Assembly: GCA_041659505.1 (NCBI GenBank)
Contig: JBAZYF010000001.1
Coordinates: 189,274 to 253,273 of the forward strand
Reading direction: 5' to 3'
Length of the DNA stretch: 64,000 nucleotides
Source of the DNA: Parcubacteria group bacterium
GTDB lineage: Bacteria > Patescibacteriota > Minisyncoccia > Moranbacterales > UBA2206
The notes below the pieces were generated by a model that saw nothing but the letters and a program-made list of their open reading frames with translations, had not been told where the DNA came from and ran no database searches. A program made the translations under genes and the position numbers. Below, piece after piece: positions 8,545 to 18,600 of this stretch (positions within the stretch are counted from its first letter, which is position 1; each line of letters starts with the position of its first letter).

Positions 8545-11500
8545 TACTGGAAATTCAACGCGCTAGAATTATTATACAGTTGCTTGACTTGTTCGGCGGT
8601 GAGGGCGTAGTTGAAAATTTTGACTTCGTCGATTTGGCCGGGGAAAAAATAGCCATTATTTGAACTACCTAAATAAAGAGGAACTGAATCGCTGGATACA
8701 ATATTGCCAGTAGCAGCGGCATGATTTCTTGCGATGCCATCAACATAAATATAGACATTCGCTCCATCATAAATTCCCGTAATAAAATGCCAACTATTGT
8801 CCCAAACAATATTTCCTGAATCACCAGAAATAACTCCTCCGCTATTCGTAGTATGGACTCCGAACTGTAAATTTCCCGCACTTCCGGTGTACAATAAGTA
8901 CCCATAGCTCAAAGGAGCATCGCTTTTCCACACTAACCCTTCCCAATTTCCTGGGCTACTACTTTTTGCCCACATTGATACTGTCATACTATTCCCTGTT
9001 ATGTTCAAACTTGAACTATTGCTCACCAATGCCCAATCATCCCCCCCATCAAAATTCAAACTGGCGGCGTATTTTCCGGTTCTTCCATTATACCACGGTG
9101 TATTAGCATTGGCACTACAGGTGCCGGTGGTGGTTTGGCCGGAGGCGCCGAGATTTAATGTGCCGGTGTTGCCATTGCCACTGTCATCATGAATCGCCGT
9201 TCCCTGACACTCATTCATCCGCCACTCGGCAATCGGCCGCCCTTGATTATATTCCCAAGCAATTTGTGCCGGCGTGCGGGCGTAGTTGTAGATGCGGACT
9301 TGGTCGATCTGGCCGCCATAAGGATGCTCCCCGATCTGGCTATTGCCGATAGCGAGACCATAGCCGGTTACTGGAGTTCCGGTGTTTGAAGATCCTGACT
9401 GGGCGCCGTTTATATATAAGGTTCCTGTACCATTGCTTAAGCGCACTCCACAAACATACTGCCAAGTATTCAAATTTAAAGTTTTATCCGAAATTACAGC
9501 GCTAGATCCGTCATCGCTAGTTAAAGCCAAATTAGCTCCGTGATTATAGCTCATGAAAACAAATCTTGAGTTGCTGACTATCCCATCAAAAACATTCTTG
9601 CCCTGTGGTTTTATCCAGGCGCAAACAGTGACGGTGTTGGTGGAAATCAGATCAGTTCCGAGAGCCGCATAATCATCCACCCCATCAAACGTGCAGGCTT
9701 TGCCGACTTTTCCCGGTTGGGTGCAATCCATCCCGGTGTTGTTGGCGCCGTCAACGGTTGTGCCGTTGTTGCCGTTGCCGGAAGTGTCGTTGAGGTTTTT
9801 AGCGTCGCCAGATACTTTTTCATCCATCAGCCATTCCCCCACCGGTGCTGAGCATGTCGAAGTGTCGCCCGGCACGCAATACTGGCGTGAGTCGGAATTG
9901 CTAGGAGCGCCAGCCGAAGTCGTCCCGGAACTCCCCACCACTGCTGAGTAGCCGGAGTTGTAGTCGGATTTGACTTCGTCTTCGGTGAGGGCATAATTAT
10001 ATAATTTGACATCATCAAAAACCCCGCCAGCGTAGGCTGGTGAATTATCGAGCGATCTTCCACCAATAATTATTTTTTGGGCTGTTAGGGATTCAATGTC
10101 TCCCGAAAGAGCAAGGCTCGCTTCCAATTTTCCATTAATAAATATTTTTTTAGTATCACTACTGTCAAAAGAAAATACAAAATGATACCATTGTCCGCTT
10201 TGCATAACTGTTGTCCCAGTAGTATCGTGATAACTACCAATCCAATCACTGAAATGAGCTTTATGATCAGGATCTACAGCAACGACCCACTCACCACCCC
10301 AATCACCGCCATTAAAATATTTTGATATTTCACATGATTCCCCTGCGGTCGGCTTGCACCAATAGGAAACGGAAAATTCCGGACGAGCGCCATATGTTCC
10401 TGCATCGACATAATCATTCGTCCCATCAAAACTAAGCGCCTTGCCGTTTTTGCCGTCATTAGTCCAAGTCGGCGCGGATGATCCGACACCTAAGTTTCCA
10501 GCTAAACTTGCACCGCCATAACCGGAATTATGTGCTACAGAGCCGTAGCCTTCGTTGAAATTGTAATTGGCGATTGGTTGACTATTGCCTCCTCCGCCTG
10601 CTGGCTCCGGCGTGCCAAGCATATCATCCAAAATCTGCTGTTGGGTGCGGGCGTAGTTATATACACGGACGTCGTCGATTAATCCTAGAAAAGGATCCTC
10701 GGAAGGACCACTCGCGATATAAAGATCATAGCTAGTATTACCCACCGCCAAATAACTGCCCCAATCATAAGTGTAGGTATTTACACCGTCTACATAATAG
10801 ACAACCTTATAGCCATCATAGGTGGCAGAAACAAAATGCCATTTTCCATCCGTCACAACAGTTGGCGCATTTTGCGCTCTGAACGTTCCGCCGGAAAGAA
10901 TATACAAATACAACCTGCCCAGAGTATCCGTTCCAAACCACCAGCCATTGTCGTTATAGAGTTGCTTTTTGGCAAATAAATTCCAACCTGCGTGAGAACT
11001 ATTAATCCACATGCCGACCGACACGGTGCCGGAACTTTGCAAGCTGGAACCATTGCCACAATTTATCCAATCATCCACCCCATCAAAATTGCAAGCTGAA
11101 CCAAACTTGCCCGGCACAGTGCAATCCATTCCAGTGGTGTTGGCGCCGTAGTGGGTGGTGCCGTTATTGCCATAAGTCGAATCATCAGCAATCGTTTTTG
11201 CGTCCCCTTGTACTTTTTCATCCATCTTAAGATGCAAGACCGGCCCGGGTGCCCATTCGTAGAGTTTTTTAATTTCAGAAGGAGAAAGCGCGCGGTTGTA
11301 GATACGGGTTTCGTCGATTTTTCCCGGAAAATAATAATTACCTCCACCAATATATTCCCCCATTCTAACATTTGGGGTGAGTAAAGATAACGTAGCCGAA
11401 GTTTGATTATTTTTTTCGCCGTTTAGGTACATAATCAGATTCTTTCCCGAAAAATCATACACTATTGAAAAATGATACCAAGTATTCTGGGTAATTGTTC

Positions 11501-13862
11501 CGGTGCTTGAAAGATATAATCCATCAGCGGGGTCTTGAAAGTTTAACTGATTTGAAGTAATATGAATTTGTTTTTGAAAATCTAAATCAATAATATGATC
11601 TTCGGAAGTATCATTAACATTTCGATAGAACCAGCCAGAAATCGAAAAACTATTGTCGAATGCTGTTGCATCATTTAAAGCACCTACATTTACATAATCA
11701 TCCCCCCCATCAAAACTCCCCCCATTGCCAAATTTTCCTCCCGCAGTCGTAACGCCTCCGGCGGATGTTCCGTTATTATTGTTGTCACTAGCGTCTTTCA
11801 CTTCCCCGCTCGTGCCGCTCCAACTCGCTTCGTCCATTTTCCAATAACCGACCAGGCCGTCGGTGAGCCATTTTGTTGATTCGGAGCCAAAGGCAGCCGA
11901 CGCGCCTTGGGGGGCGCTTTGGCTTGCCAAGCCGGCGTTATAATCCTGCAAAATCTGCGCTTGCGTGCGGGCGTAGGGGTAGATTTTTGGTTCGTCGATG
12001 GAGCCTTGAAACAATGAATCTGTATTAACTGCTCCACCACCAAACCAAGCGCCTATCCGCAATTTATCACCTGTAGGAATTGAAGCAGAACTGGAATCTG
12101 TCCCTTTACTCACACCGTCTAAATACATTTCAAAGTCGTTGCCACTCCGGGTTAAAATGATGTGATGCCATTGATTAGTGGATGGGTCAACTCCGAGAGA
12201 AAAATACAACTGGCCTATTCCGCTGGTTCCAAACCAAAACTCCATGGCCGAATCTCCGCTATTATAAAACCATTCCCAGTCCATACTACCATATTCATCC
12301 CGCTTGCTCATCAATGTTTTATATGCGGATCCCGTTGTCCATGTTTTAGAATTAAACCAAAGAGAAAGAGTAAAATCTCCTGTCATATCAAGACTGCTAT
12401 CGTTGCCCATATCCACATAATCACTCGTCCCATTAAACGAAAGACACTTCCCACTCACACAATCACTCTCCGGCTTCCACGTCGCCCCGGTGATGCTGCC
12501 GTCATTTTTGTTGGCACTTTCATCGTGCGCGACCGCGCCTTGACCTTCATCGAATGACCAATAGGCGACCGGGGCTGGCGATATTTCTTCGGTTCCCAGC
12601 GCGCCAACAGAATAGGTTGACGCTTCGGTGGAGAAATTGGTGGGGAAAATTGTGTAGGTATAGTTAGAAGTATCATTGCGATTGAAACCACTTTCCTCAC
12701 TCGTCCAATTGAATGTCGAGCCATTTTGGGTCGAAGTGATGGTGGTGCCGGTAACAGAGGGAGAAATAATCTGCCTAGCAGAGGCATCATCCACTCTAAA
12801 ACTCTTGCCGACTGGTGAGATGGGGCTCCACCAGTTTGGATCAATGCCTTGAGCTATATCTGCTTTTGTCCTGTACCCACCACAACTAGTCCAGGCTGTA
12901 TCGCCACTGTCAATAGAACATAAGTTATAATAATCAAAAGTTTGGAAAAGACAAGCACCATCTGTTTGATCAACATTGCGCAGCCAGATACTCATATAGT
13001 AAAGTGCACCGGACGTAAATATGATATCCGATGAGGCCCCTGCCGTATTGCCAGTTGCCAAAACATTCAACGAATACGCTCCTGAGCTCCCCGGCCTCGG
13101 ATCAGTCACTCGACTGAGTGTCGCGTACCAGGCATGCCAATCGGAAGGCGGATCGCCAGTTTCAAATCCGGGATTTAATACTAATTCGCTTCCCAGCGAC
13201 TCCCCTGACCCCGCCGCCTTGATATAGCCAATCAATTCTAATCCTGCATTATCGGCAATAAACAGTTTGCTATTCAAATTATTAGTGAGAACGTTGGCAG
13301 CAGAAAAATCGACAAAAGCGGTGCCGTTAACAATGGATAGTTTCATATTCGCTTGCGTCACTGCTCCCGTCTGCGTCTGAGTAAAACCATTTTCCGCACC
13401 GGGGTTGCCATAATATTCCCAAATGGCTTGCTCACCTGCCGGGAAAGTTTCAAAGCTGACATAGACCGAAGTATTGGCCGTTCCGCAACCGGAAACAATC
13501 AGATAGGGCATAACCTTGCCGTCATTCTTGGTGAAACGCAAATCTCCGCAATCGGCTTGGAATTTAGTCGTGTCGGAAGTGTCCACGGTGAGCGCGACAT
13601 AGACATTCGTTTGCACTGCTCCGCTGTTGGTCAGTTGGATTGATTTGCGAAAGGCCCATTTTTCATCCCACCAGGAAGCTTCGGTGCTTCTGCCAGAAAG
13701 CCAGAAGTAAATTGGTAAAATTATTATCACTAATAAAATGGCCAGGGCGAGGGTTTTGGCTTTTTTGGATTGAAAAATTCTTTTCAAAAATTTGGCGAAT
13801 TTAAACAGGCCACGGATGAGGTGGAGCATTAGGCGTTGGAATTTTTGTTTGAGGGTTGGCAT
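8544..13862 (-). CDS. Multi-LamG surface protein (paralog 2): DUF2341-like, CBM4_9-like, 6 LamG domains
   Basis: First ~220 aa nearly identical to paralog 1; ELVLNPGFETG CBM-like start; same C-terminus NSSALNFQ; start set at MPTLKQ by paralog alignment. Confidence 0.85.
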   Translation of the reverse strand: MPTLKQKFQRLMLHLIRGLFKFAKFLKRIFQSKKAKTLALAILLVIIILPIYFWLSGRSTEASWWDEKWAFRKSIQLTNSGAVQTNVYVALTVDTSDTTKFQADCGDLRFTKNDGKVMPYLIVSGCGTANTSVYVSFETFPAGEQAIWEYYGNPGAENGFTQTQTGAVTQANMKLSIVNGTAFVDFSAANVLTNNLNSKLFIADNAGLELIGYIKAAGSGESLGSELVLNPGFETGDPPSDWHAWYATLSRVTDPRPGSSGAYSLNVLATGNTAGASSDIIFTSGALYYMSIWLRNVDQTDGACLFQTFDYYNLCSIDSGDTAWTSCGGYRTKADIAQGIDPNWWSPISPVGKSFRVDDASARQIISPSVTGTTITSTQNGSTFNWTSEESGFNRNDTSNYTYTIFPTNFSTEASTYSVGALGTEEISPAPVAYWSFDEGQGAVAHDESANKNDGSITGATWKPESDCVSGKCLSFNGTSDYVDMGNDSSLDMTGDFTLSLWFNSKTWTTGSAYKTLMSKRDEYGSMDWEWFYNSGDSAMEFWFGTSGIGQLYFSLGVDPSTNQWHHIILTRSGNDFEMYLDGVSKGTDSSSASIPTGDKLRIGAWFGGGAVNTDSLFQGSIDEPKIYPYARTQAQILQDYNAGLASQSAPQGASAAFGSESTKWLTDGLVGYWKMDEASWSGTSGEVKDASDNNNNGTSAGGVTTAGGKFGNGGSFDGGDDYVNVGALNDATAFDNSFSISGWFYRNVNDTSEDHIIDLDFQKQIHITSNQLNFQDPADGLYLSSTGTITQNTWYHFSIVYDFSGKNLIMYLNGEKNNQTSATLSLLTPNVRMGEYIGGGNYYFPGKIDETRIYNRALSPSEIKKLYEWAPGPVLHLKMDEKVQGDAKTIADDSTYGNNGTTHYGANTTGMDCTVPGKFGSACNFDGVDDWINCGNGSSLQSSGTVSVGMWINSSHAGWNLFAKKQLYNDNGWWFGTDTLGRLYLYILSGGTFRAQNAPTVVTDGKWHFVSATYDGYKVVYYVDGVNTYTYDWGSYLAVGNTSYDLYIASGPSEDPFLGLIDDVRVYNYARTQQQILDDMLGTPEPAGGGGNSQPIANYNFNEGYGSVAHNSGYGGASLAGNLGVGSSAPTWTNDGKNGKALSFDGTNDYVDAGTYGARPEFSVSYWCKPTAGESCEISKYFNGGDWGGEWVVAVDPDHKAHFSDWIGSYHDTTGTTVMQSGQWYHFVFSFDSSDTKKIFINGKLEASLALSGDIESLTAQKIIIGGRSLDNSPAYAGGVFDDVKLYNYALTEDEVKSDYNSGYSAVVGSSGTTSAGAPSNSDSRQYCVPGDTSTCSAPVGEWLMDEKVSGDAKNLNDTSGNGNNGTTVDGANNTGMDCTQPGKVGKACTFDGVDDYAALGTDLISTNTVTVCAWIKPQGKNVFDGIVSNSRFVFMSYNHGANLALTSDDGSSAVISDKTLNLNTWQYVCGVRLSNGTGTLYINGAQSGSSNTGTPVTGYGLAIGNSQIGEHPYGGQIDQVRIYNYARTPAQIAWEYNQGRPIAEWRMNECQGTAIHDDSGNGNTGTLNLGASGQTTTGTCSANANTPWYNGRTGKYAASLNFDGGDDWALVSNSSSLNITGNSMTVSMWAKSSSPGNWEGLVWKSDAPLSYGYLLYTGSAGNLQFGVHTTNSGGVISGDSGNIVWDNSWHFITGIYDGANVYIYVDGIARNHAAATGNIVSSDSVPLYLGSSNNGYFFPGQIDEVKIFNYALTAEQVKQLYNNSSALNFQ

Positions 13863-13884
13863 TTTCAAATTTTATTATTCCCCC

Positions 13885-14017
13885 GTAGAGACGAGGCACT
13901 GCCTCGTCTTGGGCATTATTTTTCACCTCGTCTTGGGTTAAATTTTTCTGCGTTTTGCTGTTGTTGGTTTGCGCATTGACGTTGTTAGTTCTAGACGTGG
14001 CAATGCCACGTCTCTAC
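13885..14017. repeat. REP doublet (REPIN-like)
   Basis: GTAGAGACGAGGCAcTGCCTCGTCT ... TAGACGTGGCAaTGCCACGTCTCTAC. Confidence 0.85.
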
Positions 14018-14179
14018 AATTAGAATATAACGTATTAGAATATGCATATATTATACCGTAATTTTCACTATTTTACAAAACAAAAAATCCTTAAAAAACA
14101 GGTTTTCAAATAAAAATTGGGCGTGGTAATTCGGGCGGTTTGAGTTTGCTTTTTTTGCTGTTAATTGAGCGCGCTAAAA

Positions 14180-15478
14180 TTATTTTAAATCTAAAAGCCA
14201 TTTCCAAACCGGAACTATTTTGATTTTTTTGCCTTTTATCTCTCGCTTCTCTTCCTGATTCTCGGTGATAATCAGTCCATTTTTAAGCTTAAACTTTTCC
14301 ATCGCTTCCAAGAGTCCCGCCAATTCCCTTTTTTCGTTATTATTATCCAACACCTTCGTCACCTGAATCGCTTCTGTTATTTTTCGTCCTTCTCTGACGA
14401 CAAAATCACATTCATGTTTTTCAAAATGGTAATAGATTTCTTTTCCCGCTTCTAAAAGGCCCAAAAAAACTGTGTTTTCCAAAAAACGGCCAAAATTTTC
14501 ACTAAACGAAAATGAGACTGCACTGATAAAGCTATTGTCGATCGCATAGGCTTTTTTGGGATAATTTTCCTGCTTTTTAAGCGAGTATTGATAGTTAGAC
14601 AGTTCGAACAAGAGAAAAGATTTTTCAAAAAATCCGATATATTCCTTGACGGTCTTATCATTCATCTGCAAAAAATCCGCTAGTGCGTTATAGCTGTACT
14701 TTTGGCCGATGTTGGAAAAAAGGTAGAGCAAAAGATTTTCGATTTCCCGAGTTTTTTTCACTTCAAAGCGCGGAACAATATCTTGATAGAGAATGTTTTT
14801 GTAATAATTGATTAGAATTTCTTGCCTGATTTCCTTCTTCTTTTCCAGGACTATTTCCGGAAAACCGCCAACTTTCAAGTATTCTCCGAAAACTTTTTTT
14901 AATTTTCCTTCGTTTCTTATCTGCTCCACCGCGCTACGCACTTCAATTTTTCTGGCGTCCGCTATTTCCGCCAAATTAAACGGGTAGATCTTTTTGGCAA
15001 TCGATCGGCCGGAAAGTAGTGTAGCCATCTCTGCCGAAAGCAGCCGAGAATTTGATCCGGTAATAAAAAATTTTACCCCGCCTTTCTCATAGAGACTTTT
15101 GACAAAAACTTGCCAATCGGAAAAAAACTGAACTTCATCCAGAAAAACAAACACTTTGCCCTTTGGTTCGACCAGCGCCAAATATTCCTCGAAAATTTTC
15201 GCAAGATTTCCCGGATCATTCTTGAAGCGATTAAGCAAGGGCGATTCCAAATTAAGTAGCAAGATATTTTTTGGTTTGACCTTTTTTTCTTGTATCAAAA
15301 ATTCGATCAATTGCCTGGCAACGGTTGATTTCCCGCTTCTTCGGACGCCCACCAAAGCCACAATTTGCCTGATATTGAGATATTTGACAAGTTCCACGAG
15401 AATTGCCCGCGGAAAGCCAACCTCCAGCGCTGTGCCCGCCCAATGCCTATTTTGCTCAACGATAAATTTTTCAAACAT
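14180..15478 (-). CDS. AAA+ ATPase (AAA_14 + DUF4143), copy 2
   Basis: GVRRSGKS, FLDEVQ, TGSNS, LSGR, GGFPE, ECDFV. Confidence 0.9.
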   Translation of the reverse strand: MFEKFIVEQNRHWAGTALEVGFPRAILVELVKYLNIRQIVALVGVRRSGKSTVARQLIEFLIQEKKVKPKNILLLNLESPLLNRFKNDPGNLAKIFEEYLALVEPKGKVFVFLDEVQFFSDWQVFVKSLYEKGGVKFFITGSNSRLLSAEMATLLSGRSIAKKIYPFNLAEIADARKIEVRSAVEQIRNEGKLKKVFGEYLKVGGFPEIVLEKKKEIRQEILINYYKNILYQDIVPRFEVKKTREIENLLLYLFSNIGQKYSYNALADFLQMNDKTVKEYIGFFEKSFLLFELSNYQYSLKKQENYPKKAYAIDNSFISAVSFSFSENFGRFLENTVFLGLLEAGKEIYYHFEKHECDFVVREGRKITEAIQVTKVLDNNNEKRELAGLLEAMEKFKLKNGLIITENQEEKREIKGKKIKIVPVWKWLLDLK

Positions 15479-15506
15479 ACGATTCTATTACGAATTAACC
15501 ACTGTT

Positions 15507-15542
15507 TATTCGTATTGTATTACGAATAGATTGAGATGTCAA
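15507..15542 (-). promoter_or_regulatory. sigma70 promoter with overlapping inverted repeat
   Basis: TTGACA (15542-15537), 17 bp, TACAAT (15519-15514); TATTCGTA-n6-TACGAATA spans the -10. Confidence 0.7.
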
Positions 15543-15564
15543 TTTAATCTATTTTCCCCTGAAT

Positions 15565-15667
15565 GTTGTTGTTTTGCGCGTTGCTGTTTTCAGGTCTAGA
15601 CGAGGCAATGCCTCGTCTCTACAGGAATCATGCCAATCATTTAATCAGAAAAATCATAGTTTCGGAC
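15565..15667. repeat. Solo REP with spacer remnant, plus GTCCGAAAC/AATC-unit repeat at the paralog 3 stop
   Basis: 15565-15622 resembles 13960-14017; 15631-15667 resembles 2101-2136. Confidence 0.7.
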
Positions 15668-18600
15668 TACTGGAAGTTGAGCGCGCTAGAATTATTATAC
15701 AATTGTTTCACTTGCTCGGCGGTGAGGGCGTAGTTGAAGATTTTGACTTCGTCGATTTTTCCTCCAAACGGATAACTAGAATATGTATTATCACCCATAA
15801 AAACATCGCCTGACGAATCATCAATCCTGGTGCCGCTTCCCCTGTTAGTATATGCAGCTACTATCTCTTCTCCGTTTATAAATAAATGAACACTATTAGC
15901 GCCTATCCCGCCGGAATAGACACCACAAACATACTGCCAGCTATTAAAGACTATTAAATTATCTGGCGTTTCCCTTAAAGCAATATAGTCACTCGTCGTA
16001 TTTGCAATTGACATGCCTAAGTGATTAGTATTCCAGATATACAAATCCCACCCAAAATAAGAGAGGCCATGTTTTGCAACAATCAAGGCATCAGTTTTAG
16101 TCGGATAAATCCAGGCGCAAGCTGAAAATGTTGCCATATTATCCAATGCTACTGGCGATCCCGCATTCACATAATCCCCCACCCCATCAAAATTCAAACT
16201 GGCGCCGTATTTTCCGGTTCGTCCGTTGTACCAGGGGGTGTCGGCGTTGGCACTGCAAGTGCCGGCGGTTGTTTGACCAGAGGCGCCCAGATTGATCGTC
16301 CCGTCATTACGATTCAAACTTTCATCATGCACCGTCGCGCCTTGGCATTCATCAAAATTCCACTGCGCCACCGGTTGCCCTTGGTTATATTCCCAAGCAA
16401 TTTGCGCCGGAGTGCGGGCGTAGTTGTAGATGCGGACTTGGTCGATTTGGCCGGTCCAATAATCTGCGCTAGTCGCTGGATCTTTTCCAACCGTAAGATT
16501 ATAAACACCCGAAACGACATCTAGGGTTTGGGCGACCGGAGTGGCCGCGGATATGCCATCAACATAAATTCTAAGATAACTGCCATCAAATGTTCCAGCA
16601 ACGTAGTGCCACGAATTATCATTGTAGCCATTTTTATCGCTCACAATATATATATAGCTACTTGAATCATGTAATTGCAAAGCAAAATCACCGGGATTAT
16701 CACCATTGGCAAATAACATATATCCATTTCTGTCAGTATCCCAGTTAGCATTTCCGACTATTGCTGGCCAATTTACTGTACTAGTAGTAAATTTAACCCA
16801 AGCCGAAACTGTTCCAGTGTGGGTCAGCTGGATTGATGGATCATTTCCCAGATCCGCATAATCGTCCACCCCATCAAAGCTACACGCTGTCCCCGCTTTT
16901 CCCGGTACACTACAATCCATTCCGGTTGTATTGGCGCCGTAATGTGTTGTGCCGTTGTTGCCGTTGCCTGATGTGTCATAAATCGTTTTTGCATCGCCTT
17001 TGACTTTTTCTTCCATCTTCCATTCCCCCACCGGCGCGGCGCAAGCGGTTGTGTCGCCCGGCACGCAATATTCTCCTCCGGCGGAATTGGTCGGCGCGCC
17101 AGTCGAAGCGGCCGTGCCCGCCGAACCCCACTGCGCCGAAGCACCGGAGTTGTAATCGGTTTTAATTTCGTCTTCGGTGAGAGCGTAGGGGTAGATTTTG
17201 ACGTCGTCAAGCTGTCCACCGAAATAATTTATCGGAGGATCATATGAGTTATTTCTGCCAATATTTAAATCATCCGATGAATATTGTAATGAACCTCCTG
17301 CCCCATAACCATTTGCCGAATAAATTGTTGCGATTTCCTTACCATCAATATATGTTTTTGAATCTGAAGCATCTCCCCGCACTGGAGAAAATGTCACCAC
17401 CAGATGGTGCCAATTATTATCTGGATATGGGAGTGTGCCGCATGGCGTTTCCCAATAGGGATAACCGTTGTTTGTTTGTATTTCAAAATGCGTTCCTCCT
17501 GCATATAGACACGTAGTGGAGAAAGAATAACTCTTTCCTGAAGTAGTGCCGTAGGCCTTATTTATCATCGTTCCACCCCCCCCATTTTGTTTTATCCAAG
17601 TAGAAAGTGTAAGTGCAGCCGGACGTAGGGCTGTACTATCCGGCACGCTGACATAATCATTCACCCCATCAAAACTCAAAGCCTTGCCATTTTTGCCGTC
17701 ATTAGTCCAAGTCGGCGCGGATGAGCCGACGCCCAGATTTGCATTCGTAGAGACGCATTGCGATGCGTCTCTACAACCCAGCCCGGAATTATGCGCCACA
17801 GAGCCGTAGCCTTCGTTGAAATCATAATTTACAATTGGTTGGCCATTGCCACCTCCGCCTGCTGGCTCCGGCGTGCCAAGCATATCCTCTAAAATCTGCT
17901 GTTGGGTGCGGGCGTAGTTGTAGATTCTCACATCATCCATTTTTCCTTTGAGCGCTTCATCCCAACTTGAGGTGCCAAAAACAAAACCGGCATTATCATT
18001 AGCAATTGGCGCTTCATTGCCCGTACCGCTAACCCAGCTTCCACTTACCGGGTTTCCATTCAAAAAAGCCTTGATGGAACTGCCTTGCCCGAAAGTATAT
18101 TCGAGGGTGAGATACGACCACTCATTCAATGGCACACCAGCACTAGCTACCTGCCACGACGACCAATCAGAATTATCCACTCGACGATAATAAAGAGTCG
18201 GATAAGCTCCAATTAGCGCAAAGCCATAGTTTTCATTCAATGTGGCTCCTTTGAAAATAAGATTGCTCTCACCGGCATATGCTTCGGGATTGACCCAAAG
18301 GGAAATTGTAATCGTTTTGCCCAATTGGAAATCATAGGGGCTGTTAGTGCCGGAATCAGGAAAATTCGCTTCATCGGGAACGCTACTGTCGAAAACTAGT
18401 GCACTGCCATATTTTCCCGTTGTCCAAACCGGGTCCTCGGCTTCGGCGGAACTGGTCGTACCCAAAACTCCTTCTCCAGTCGGTTGCTCGGAATTATAGA
18501 AATTCTGACCGGTTTTTTCATCAAATTTCCAATAGGCTACCGGGCCGGGTGCCCACTGGTAGAGTTTTTTAATTTCAGCGGGCGAAAGCGCGCGGTTGTA

